Source: Tubiluchus corallicola (taxonomy: Eukaryota > Animalia > Priapulida). From it: a stretch of DNA of 64,000 nt. Both the position numbers and the translations under genes were made by a program. The notes beneath the pieces are model-generated. The model saw only the letters and a program-made list of their open reading frames with translations, did not search any database and was not told the DNA's origin. The stretch is from NCBI GenBank assembly GCA_030141605.1, contig JAQGDQ010000163.1:186001-250000 (forward strand), read 5' to 3'. Each line of letters opens with the position of its first letter. Position 1 is the stretch's first letter. Of the stretch, positions 53,319 to 64,000 are shown piece by piece.

Positions 53319-53503
53319 TGTTTGAGCTTTCAAAAACCAAATTCGAAGCTCGATTAAATTTTGCTCTTTCTTTGCTCTTTTTATTTGCCAAAACATGTCA
53401 TTCCATCTAAACATAAGAAATTAGTGCCAAAAAATAACAATAGCCAAACGTCAATTTAACGTAATTAAGAGTTATACACTGCACTGTCGTATTAGTTAAT
53501 ACA
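53319..53503 (-). repeat. 5' LTR
   Basis: On the - strand begins TGTATTAAC and ends CTCAAACA; contains TATAA (~53472-53476) and AATAAA (53380-53385). Confidence 0.9.
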
Positions 53504-54960
53504 TAGCTGTTATTTTAAACTAAATTAAAATTTTTTTAAAGTAATTAGAGGACATACATACGTTATTATTCCCAAATCATGAGCAATTGTAACAGATAAC
53601 GACAATACCTTATCAACCAAGGCATTTGTTTCGATGTTAATGTTGTAGAATCTGTTACTATGTCTGACCATTCAGCAGTTGTCTTTGAATGCCAAGACCC
53701 ATTGTACACTAATGCGTAGACATTGTGTAAAATCCGTAACTACCAGAATGCAAAATGGGACACAATTGGGCGTCAACTATCTATTGTTAACTGGCACAAT
53801 ACTTTTGATTCCTGTGCTTCCGTACAAAGTTTGTAGGAAGGACAGGTTCTACAACATAATCAATGAAGCCATTGACAACAACGTTCCCTGCATGGTATTG
53901 TCTAGCATGCATAAAGGTAAAAGGAAACATAACACTAATTACCCTCCTTACCTGAAACGCATAATCGATAAGAAGCGCAAGCATTGAGCATGTAAATTCA
54001 AAACGTAATAATTCTGCTGAAAATAAGAAAGAATACACCGCTCTGAATAGCAAATTTAAAAAAGAATCATATAAGTTAGCTACTCGTGAACACAGAGTTT
54101 TAGCTAGTAATGATCGTAACAAATTGTTTAAGTACATTCGTAGAACAAGATGTAATGATAATGGCATAGCACCATTAAAAGATAAGCAAGGTAACATTGT
54201 TGTTGCTGATCTAGAATTAGCTAATTTATTAAATGACTGTTTTAGTGACTGTCATTACAATCTTTGAATTTTTCACCTGTTTCTGTCCGTAAAGCCATTC
54301 AAAAAATTAAATCTAAAAAAGTTGTACGCCTGACAGTTTACCAGCCATTGTTTTTAACCAGTTGATTGATATAATCTGTTTACCTTTATCAATGCTTTTT
54401 AAAGTCTCTTTTAGTCAAAGCAGCCTCCCATATGAATGGAAAGTAGCAGATGAAGTACCCATAATAAAAAGGGAAAGTTCCGACCCGAGCAACTGTAGAC
54501 GTACTTCTCTTACTTACATCTCATGTAAAATCATGGAAATTTGTGTTTGTACAGAGATGCTAGCATTTCTTAATAGGCATAACTAAGTACCAGCATGGGT
54601 TTCTATCAAAACATTCAGGATGCACACACTTGTTAGAATCAATTTACGATTGGACTGTTGCTTTAAATGACAAAACATAAGTTGATATTATATATATTGA
54701 TTTAAAAAGCTTTTGGTTCAGTTAGTCACTGCCTACTGCTAGATTGGATTAAAAGTTTTTTAACAGGGTGCTTACAAAAAGTTGTTATTGGTAGTAGTTC
54801 TAATTATGTACAAGTAACTTCAGGAGTAGCTCAGGGCAGCCTCCTGGATCCTTTACTGTTTATGTTATTTGTAAATGATCTGCCTGATGTCATTGGTAGT
54901 ACTCATTGTAAACTATATGCAGATGGTGTAAAATTATATCACTGGGCTGACACTGGCAAT
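53504..54960 (+). mobile_element. CR1-like LINE, degraded ORF2 (end of endonuclease and RT)
   Basis: VESVTMSDHSAVVF (APE SDH), LPYEWKVADEVPIIK...SNCRRTSLTYISCKIME, QHGF, YIDLK, VTSGVAQGSLLDPLLFMLFVNDLPD...KLYADGVKLY; many stops and frameshifts. Confidence 0.88.
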
Positions 54961-55109
54961 GATAATATTGCCATTGATACACATTATCAAGGATGATCAT
55001 TATTGTGATGATCATTTACCATAATTTTGCACTTATATTATTAATATTGCTTTTTAACTGCCTTGTCGCTTATGTACTGTACTTTGAAGATTACGAAATA
55101 AGTAAAAAA

Positions 55110-55395
55110 TACTACAACACAACACCGCACCACACCCATCAACTCTGCACCAACACAACCCACACCCTATCACTCCACCACATTGTCCACACCACACCAA
55201 ACCACACCATCCATACCACACCACACCACCCCAAACACACTACACCACACCTACCACCACTTACACCACTTCACCAACACCACACACACACTATCACCCA
55301 CCACACCGTCCACAGCACACTCACCACATCAAATATACCATCACATGGTCATCATGATGTTGATGACGATGATGATGATGACGATGACGACAACA
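55110..55395 (+). repeat. CAC-rich low-complexity tract followed by (GAT)n
   Basis: Direct inspection; a similar CAC-rich tract lies at ~50165-50250. Confidence 0.85.
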
Positions 55396-58300
55396 CCTAT
55401 AACAGTAACACACACTAGCAGAGCGTCATAGTTAAACCATCCAAATATATATACATAGGATGATTTTATACACATTATAATCTTTATTTGTCTTAAAAAA
55501 GTTAGACAAGAAATCAGGGACAATAAGGCAAAATGAAACAGACAAAAAGCAGTTTTCTGGTGATCGCGATACGAAGAGTATAAAATTGTAATAGTGTATA
55601 GCTGTATAGTGATGCCGTTGTGTGTTTCACAAAAGCAAAGCAATGTATAATAAATAGTCATAATTAGGCAATCTATAATATTCTCGATAATAAGCTTATT
55701 ATAATTATTCATGCAGTCACTTTAATAATAGGAAGCAATGTCAATAAAGCCTGTGTTTTATTTTTATTTATGCTGTTTGAATTGCGTCAATGGCCATGCA
55801 ATATTCAACTATGGAATTATCTTTATTAATATAATCGGTGCGTTGTACGTGGACTTGCGTTGCACAGTAGTGGTACGTTGCACATCAGTCAAAAATTTTC
55901 TTTACCCTGGGCCGCGCGCACAATATCGCCGAGTCACTGATGCAAGTCATGAATAACCTACTGACACTGAGCGTTAAAGAGTTGTGTAATATTAACAGTG
56001 AATTTTTACTTCCTAGTTTCTGTTTAGAGCAGGACAGACAACCGTTTAAGTGCGTAGTGAGCTACTCGTGACCAGTGATTTAGAAGCGAGATCAGCTGTT
56101 TGTCTGCGCAAATCTCAATATTGCGCGCTTGATTAAGCAGACTGCCTGGCGAAGCTTGAAAAATAAACGCGTGCTTTTCACCTGGAAAATAACAATTAAA
56201 GTAGCTTGCGAAGTTGTGAAAAATGAGATAAACTGCCGCTAGTCGTTATCCGTTCGAAAGACTCTTCTTTAATAAATTAGTGTAATTATGTAACATGTAT
56301 TGTCTCGGGCTGTGCTGAAAAGTCTATTGGAGTTGTTAATTGCTTTGAAATACGGCCAAGGAAACATTCTTTAACTAAAGTAGCAGGAAAGTAACTTTAG
56401 GGTAAAGGTAAGTAACGGAAAACTTTTCAATGAAGACATCTAGTTAGTAAGTTTTAGTCGTGGTTGTTTGATAATTCGATTAAAATGTGATTAAGGAATC
56501 TGTTTATTCACGGAAAAGCTTCTTTTCGTAGGCGTATAACTTTAAACGTAATTACGCGTTCAAATCTGCTGACTACTATATTTTATTTATTTTTTATAAG
56601 TATATCATAGCCTTAATTTTCCAATTACCTTATGTAGCCACAGACATTACAAATCAACTGGTCTGTACGCTGCAGTCTGTAGTCAAAATGAAACTGAGAA
56701 TTCATTCATTCAGCATTGCGCATTACTTAGGTACGTTGAGGAGTAATTCTTTATTAGTAATTATCAGTCTTTGTTTGACCCAACCCCGTATCATACCCTT
56801 TATTTAGCGGAAAATTATGTCCACAACTTGAAATGAAACACTAATATTTAAGTCAATATTATAGTAACAATTTTGTTAGTTTCTGGTAATTTTATTTTCG
56901 TTTTCTTAGTTAAAAATTAGAAAATTTTATGTATAGAATGTATTTTATGTTTATGTATTAATATACAGCACTGCATAACACTAATTTAATACTCGGTCTG
57001 GGGTGGCTGATTCGATAACAAATGTTTTTCTCCACCCCTTCCCGTTTGTTTGGCTTTTTTTATTTATATCTATCTTTCTTTGTATTGTTATTGGGATAAA
57101 AAAATAAATGATTTGATTTGATTTGAAAATAACAGTGAATACGCAGTGGGCAATTTTGGAACACACTGCATTTAATAAGAGTCCATATAACCGTTATGCT
57201 AGCAACTGTGAATTATCCATTATTGCACGGTCGGATTAACGTGTTTTGTGAAGCGCTTTTTGCAAACAAAACTATTTCTCATGCTGCAAAAATACGTCAT
57301 CTCATCTAAAGTTCAGCGGTTTGGTCATGTATGTACGTGTTAGCCTAATGCTTAATTTATGCAGAAATTGTGTTGCACTCATTATTGCACAGCGATGTGA
57401 TAAAATTGCAAAGCAAATTGTAGGCAGGACTAAGCGAATTAATCACTGGAAATAAAACAACAAGGACCTGTTACGCAGACAATCAATACAATCCATTTTT
57501 ACTTTTTAGTGGGAAATAATTTCAATGCTTAAGAAATAGTTCTGCTGTAATAAATTTTTCTTGTAATAGTTCCCTTTAATAGATTTTCCTTTGTTAAGTT
57601 ATTTTTATTGGAAGTAGATTAATGAGATCATCGAAGGGTCGTATTTTGAACATTATCTTCAGTCCCAGATTCATTCTAAATGGTCCAACTAACATTTTAT
57701 CAAAATGTCGAAAATTGCTTTGAAGTCATGCAAGTTCAAATGAGCGTGCTTCTATTCTCACGTGATCTTAGATTAGCAAATGTTCACAAGATAACAACTT
57801 TGATCACAATGCTTTGGCATTAAAATGTTTCTTTTACAAATGAAGAATTGAAAAAATTTACGATCTATGCTGCAGACGCAAAAACTCTTACTTCTGTGTA
57901 CCATTCCACGCTACGCAGACCTCAGTCAACATTTGTTTCAGTTCACTATACAGAAATTCCGCCAAATCTTGAAAGCCAAGGTGAATTCAATTGAACAAAT
58001 GTCTGTAAAATTCTTGAAACAACAAGTTCATTGTGTGTTCTTCATTCACACAGGCGATTTTTTACGTACGACTTCGCGAGTAGACACAACAAGCAAGGTT
58101 ACACGGTTTTTTTGTCAGCTTTTGCGCTAATAAACCCACAAGTTTAGCCAACTTAACCAAGGCAATACCTCGTGTTGTACAACTTTACAGAGGACAGTGA
58201 ATTCATCATGTGTTTGTCCTGCGTATATTGGTCGATTGTAAGATTGTATACATAGTTAGCTAGAAATAAATGGGTAACACTGCTGCATCTGCGGCGAAAA

Positions 58301-58439
58301 GAGAGAGTGAAGTGTCCTTGAAAAAGGAGTATCAGACGACTGAGATAAGTAATAGTCAAACTTCATACAGGGAAGAGACGTGAAAACGATTATATATACG
58401 ATTGGTATAAACCTAGAATAGAACAGGCGGGAGCTCAAA

Positions 58440-59884
58440 CAAGCCGAGGTTATTTAGAGCAAATACTTTGTACGACTCTTAATTGATTTTGCCGAATGTA
58501 AAAATAAAATCTTTTACTTGGCTTTCATTGACTATCAGAAAGCATGTGACATGGTTAATCGAAACAAACTGTTGGAAATGATGGCTCTTAATGGATGCGG
58601 CTACAGGTATGTCAAAGCTATTGGCGAAACCTTGAAGAAATGTTCCAGTGTCATGGAGACCGAGACGTTTGGCTCTAGAAGAGGTGTTCAGCAAGGAGGC
58701 TCTACAAGCTGCTCATTGTTTACTCTGTTCGTAGATTACGTTATTGACTCAGTTAATGTGTCACCTGACGAGGAATGACTAGAATCTTTGCATCAGTTAT
58801 TACTGATGGACGACACGGTTCTTGCCTCATCCATGCCTGCCTTGGCTGACAAGTTGAACAGACTGTACCATGCCGTAAACGAAATCGGAATGATACTTCA
58901 TCCCCCTAAGTCCCAGTTTATGGTTATTAATTCTGAAGACACTGACCCCTTAAGTGTCGGCCCTTTTGTGTTAAAGTCGAATACACAAGGAGTTATGGCT
59001 ATTTGGGATCCATAATAATCAACTCTTCTATAGATCACCAAGTTGAGACTCACATGCAAGCTAAACAATCATATATTCGTTTTACCCATATACGTTTTTT
59101 ACCCATCGTCATTTTTAATCCAAAACGCAGGTGCGCCTTATGTTGCAAAAAGAACTGTCTGGCAAAGTGCTATGAAAAGCGCTATTCTCTATGGATCCGA
59201 AACCTGGTGGACAAAAAACCTATCATATGTTTCTCAGCCTATTTTACAGACTAAAAGAAATGTTTGGCGTGCGTCAACAGACTTGTACTGACATAGTTCA
59301 TATTGAGAGTGATATTGCTTCGTGCAAAGCTGAGATTCAGGCACGGTAACGGAATTTCATAAATACGTACAGAACATCTAATCTTTATATAGAGGAAGTC
59401 CATTACAGAAAGCGTTAGTTCTTGTTGCCGTAATGATACATCCATGGGAAGCCAGCTCCGATTTCTAGATTCAATACACGGATATCCTAGAACTGACTTT
59501 TTAAAATTACGCAGACATGCTATTCTTTCCTCGCTATCAACCAGGAGAAATACCTACTTAGCCGTAAATCCGTCGCTAACCACTCATCGCATTTATCAGA
59601 CATATGATGTGCCCGAACACGAAAGAATAGCCGCAACCGACCTGCGTCTGGGAGCTCATTATCTCCGAATCGAAACAGGACGCTGGACAAATATCCCCCG
59701 CCACCAACGTCTATGCATTTGTGGTCTTGTGCAAGACGAAGAACACATCGTGTGCCATTGTAGTTATACTAGTGATCTAAGAACTGATGGTGAAGCAGAG
59801 TTTAGTTCGTTAGATGCCTTTATGGACTGGACTTCACCCAAAGTGGTTGCTACTATATGCAATAACTGTCTTTCTAGGAGTTAA
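58440..59884 (+). mobile_element. 5'-truncated, frameshifted non-LTR retrotransposon ORF2 (RT and C-terminal zinc knuckle; clade uncertain, RTE-X/Proto2-like)
   Basis: FIDYQKACDMVNR, GVQQGGSTSCSLFTLFVD, LLMDDTVL, AILYGSETW, LRLGAHYLRIETGRWTNIPRHQRLCICGLVQDEEHIVCHCSYTSDLR. Confidence 0.85.
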
Positions 59885-61309
59885 ATAGACAGTAACGTTT
59901 GTAATGTTTTTCCAGCATTTGTTAACACATTAGCACATTTGTACATTTTTAGTCTGTCATGCGAACTTTCTTGTTGTGTTTGTGTGTGATTTGTTTTACT
60001 TGTTTTATTTTTATTCTATGCTAACGTTAAACGACTTGTTTTTTTTTCTGGACACAAGATGGATGTTGTTATTTTACTAGCAATAAGTCTCACTCCGTGT
60101 AACAAGATAATCTTTATCAATAAGTTACTACCAGTACTGCCAAGCTCGCTTCACCTATTTTACTGACTAGGTCTTGCCGGCTGCTGAAAATAAGATTTAG
60201 TCTCTGTACCTTATTTTGTTGCTGCGCAAAAAATGACCAACTGATGTGAGGCAGAGATGTGCGATCGTTGCAACTGTAACGACTGACGAGCGAACATTTA
60301 CATGAGTAAAATGGCCATTTAAAAAGCGACTTTTCTAAATTAAGTGCAACAATATATAATAAAATCAAAGACGAGTTCAGTATTTTAGACCTAAAAATGG
60401 GGTTAGTTTTTCAGACCTGAAGATGTTACACCTGTTTTCATTCATAAGAATCAAATACGGTTTTAGTTGCATCGTGAGTACTGTTGTACTACTAGAAAAT
60501 ACTTGTTCTGTATAGTCAGCTACTATGGCCATATTTTACACGTTTATTCTTCAAGATTTTTCAGATTAAAACTGTTTTTAGCTGTTGTTGGTCCTGCAAG
60601 TTTCCAGGGCATTTTTTTTTTGTTTTTCGAATTCGTAAAGTCCTAATAAGTACGTTATGTACATTAGCTGTTCCATGGCTTGTTCTGCAGATAATATTGA
60701 CTCAGTTCTAGAGAATTTACAGTAAATTTACGTGGCTCTTTTACTAGGTTCATTTTGTTGACTTGCGATTCAATTTGCTATAAGAAAGTGGGACTCTGCC
60801 GTTTCTTCACTAGTTGTTGATTATAAGTGGTAATAGAAAAACAAGGCTGCCAGTGTGCGAAGTATATGAACAGGGAAAGTAATATGAAGGAAATAAAGCA
60901 ACCGTTATTCTTAAAACAATTATTCAATTATCTTAGAATGGTCAATTAGGTGATCATTACAGACATTCTAACCTGCTATTCTGAAAATATGCGAAAGTAA
61001 ATGTGAGTGTTTCTCAAGGATGTTACGACGATCTGTAACAGCCAACGTTAACATTTAACTTACCTTTGATTGGACTTTTAGATAATGCCGGATTTTGCTA
61101 AACATAAGTGCTGAAACATTAAAAACAATTTCTATTGGATGAGACTTCAAGTGGATATTAAGCCTGTTTTTTTTCTGTCGTCTGATACCCGGCCTTGAGT
61201 TTCAAATTCCGAGCTATTGTTTAGAATGTAGCAACACCTGGCACAACTTCTTTCTCTTTCTTCTCCTCCTGCTATTCCTACTTTTCCTCGTGTGCTTTTT
61301 TCTGCTTCT

Positions 61310-61425
61310 GTAGTTGCTGTTGTTGTTGTCGCCGTTGTCGTTGCTGTTGTCGTCGTCGTCGTCATCATCATCGTAGTCGTCATCGTTGCTGTTGTTGTTG
61401 TTGTTCTTATCATTGTTATTTTGTT
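61310..61425. repeat. (GTT/GTC/ATC)n trinucleotide microsatellite
   Basis: Direct inspection. Confidence 0.9.
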
Positions 61426-62220
61426 CAACAGTTTCTGCTGTGCTTATTACGTAAAACAAAAAACAAATGTATTTATTCAAGTTTCCCTGGATTTGCTTTT
61501 TCAAACTGCTCGATAAAATGATACATTTGAAGAAAAGGCACTGAATGCCGAAGTTTAAGCCAATATTTTACTTGGCCACATTCCGTGAATTCCAGATTGT
61601 ATAAAATTATTTAATTGCACAAAAGATGTTACCAAAGCAAAATGGGTCACTTACAAATGCTATTCATAAAAATATATCATGATGAATTAAATAAACATTT
61701 ATAAGAAAAGAGCTGCATTGTTGTGGTATATGTACTATTATGTTTAGATAAACCCGGCATATTGACATGAAGATCACGTGCCCTAGATTTAAGAAAGTTT
61801 TCACGGAATTTTTAAAGTTGGAGTGAAATCTGAGCAAAATGTGGCGCGCCGCTTACTGTGTTGTATGCGTTCAGATGTTCATTTCTTTTCATATTAAATC
61901 TCAAGAGTGGCGACATCTAATCTTATTGTTGTGCAACTATTTTGTGAAAGGTTGTTTTTAAACGAAGAATATGAAGGCTCTGCGTTTGAGAATACAAATG
62001 TTCATAAACTATGCATTACATCTGATAAATACGGAGAAATTTTAATTAGCAAATCACAATCACAGGTCCTAAAATTAGAGCAATTTCAAGTTATTGCTCT
62101 AATGCTAGTAATTATTGTTTGTTTTTTTTGAAAAATAAATATTAGTGTTCTGGCTGTGTTGTAATGGTGCAGGTATGTACAATGTACAGGATTAACTTTG
62201 AATTGCCTTGATCACAGGAG

Positions 62221-62294
62221 AATAGGGTGGCCTAGTGGTCTAAGGCCATTGCCTTAGAAGCAGAAGGTCCTTGGTTCGTTTCCACGCTGTATTA
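62221..62294 (+). pseudogene. tRNA-like sequence (tRNA pseudogene or tRNA-derived SINE head), anticodon loop CTTAGAA
   Basis: A box TGGCCTAGTGG, B box GGTTCGTTTCC, foldable cloverleaf with mismatches (acceptor AATAGGG/CTGTATT), T6 tract at ~62299. Confidence 0.65.
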
Positions 62295-64000
62295 CAACTT
62301 TTTTGCATTTCTTGGTTTTCAAGTTTGGTATCAAAATTTAATTATGGGTTTTTTGCACAATTAAGTATATATACAAGATGAGAACCCTCTTAATAAACTT
62401 TTTATATGACATCAGTAAGAAAAGAGAAGAAAAACAGGATAGCAAATAACAATAATTTACATAGTTATCCCATATTTACCATGCAGTGTGTGTTTTTCCC
62501 ATATTAGAGCACGATGTTATACTGCAGATTTGACAGTTAAGTGAGCAGCAATATCCCACGTCAGCTTACATAACTTATCCCGGTTACATGGATACTCGTA
62601 ACCTACAACATGTGTTCTTACTGTTGTTTTTTTGTTATTATTGTGCTTTTTATTATCATGTTTTTGTTGTCATCGTCTCTGCTACGTTTCATCCTATGTA
62701 CAGGATCAATGTTTTTTATGTTGTATGTATTATGTCTTAAATGCACTCAATGACATGCAGTACCCTCAATGCGTACGCTAAACTATGGTATATACGATGT
62801 GTTTTGCCCAGGTTAACGAAAACCATAGAAAACCATTAGATGTCAGTTCTAAATATAACTTTATTCTAAAAAATCGCCAACCACTAAATTAAATGTGATG
62901 GAGTAATCACAACAACAACATCTCAAAAGAATCTCAAAAGCTCTTAACAACATCTTACACGTGGAAAGATTTTATAATTCGATGATATCTGTAATTTATG
63001 TTTTTGAAATAACATTGAAATTCGATAAAGGAGCTTTTCAATGGTTTGCTCTGCTATGAGTAGATCACTTGCGTGCTTCTATTGTATTAATTCTTACCGA
63101 TTGCTATTATAGATAAGCCTGCCGTATACAAACTGAACTAGATTTTTAAAACCAGTTGAATTCTTGCCTCAAGTTACACGAGTATACTTATTTCAAATCG
63201 CATAATTTTAGTATTTTACAGTGTTCTGTTAACAACAATTATTACAGCTAAGTCTGCTCATGTAAGCAGTAATTCGCTTATTACTCTAAGCTAGATGGAT
63301 AGAGTTAAACTTATTGCATTAATCGGCTTAGATTAGCGTTTAATCCTGTAATTATTGCGTGCCAGCATAACAACAGACGAAGTGTTACAAGGCTTTTCAA
63401 TTGAACAATTTGTTAACTTGAATTAGGCTACAATTAATCATTATGATGAGATCCACTGACATTTTAGGTGAATTTTATATAAATTTGTAAAACTTTTTAT
63501 TTTATTTTTAATTTTCCAATGTCTGAAGGACGTACTCTCTTGGTTGTTTGTACTTGGCTGTTATAATATTATTCTAAGTCAGAGTTTATCGTATGTAGAA
63601 AGTGTTTCATAATTGTGGTGCCCAACAAACTTTGCAAAATCTTTTGGCTTCGATAATTTTATTTGCGTTATTTTTCCACTTCTTTAGAAAAATTCTGCAG
63701 AAAGTTTACGCGATAATGAAGTACCTATTGTAACTTCAAATTATTACGGAACATTAGCAGTGCACACGCACGCTTATAATAGCCGTTTTCATAGTTGTGG
63801 TATTACCAGAAATCAGTGTCAAAAATAATCGTATTAAACTCTTAACCTTTTACTGCCGGTGATAATAGAATTTATGTTCCGTAACTACAGTATTATGCTT
63901 ATTATGAGTTATTATTCGCTGTCAAAATGTCAGTAGTTGCGTGAACTCAGTGCAAATAAGAGCGGATTTCATGGGGGCGAACCTCAACCCCTTTCGTTTT

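Larger units (their letters stand above)
51162..53503 (-). mobile_element. Internally deleted BEL/Pao-like LTR retrotransposon carrying a glycogenin domain inside gag
   Basis: Direct repeats 53319-53503 and 51162-51342 with TGT...ACA ends; internal ORFs encode SAP, coiled coil, GT8 glycogenin and LPSIDLEKFDGDVMNFWRFIRRFE (DUF1759-like gag). No pol; no TSD or canonical PBS seen. Confidence 0.85.

Noticed and set aside
54993-55712. His/Thr/Asp-rich ORFs
   Set aside because: Translations of CAC and GAT simple repeats.
61147-61516. Poly-Thr/Asn/Asp/Val ORFs
   Set aside because: Trinucleotide microsatellite open in several frames; no splice or domain support.

Overview
AT-rich, intron-rich eukaryotic (invertebrate-like metazoan) DNA; the species cannot be determined from the window. 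Host genes: a 4-exon UXT gene (-) whose stop codon lies only 65 nt upstream of an intronless TEDC1-like ORF (candidate bicistronic/operon unit); a 7-exon EMC3 gene (+) with a GC-AG first intron; and a ~30-exon, ~30 kb gene (-) encoding a seven-repeat RCC1 protein of the claret/GLO-4 type. The right third of the window is dominated by transposon debris. The most unusual object is a 2.3 kb LTR-bounded element (51162-53503, - strand) nested in a CR1-like LINE. Its BEL/Pao-type Gag reading frame (SAP domain, coiled coil, DUF1759-like gag segment) carries an in-frame, intronless glycogenin (GT8) domain with the catalytic motifs and acceptor Tyr retained. All family assignments are from motif recognition by eye, not database searches.
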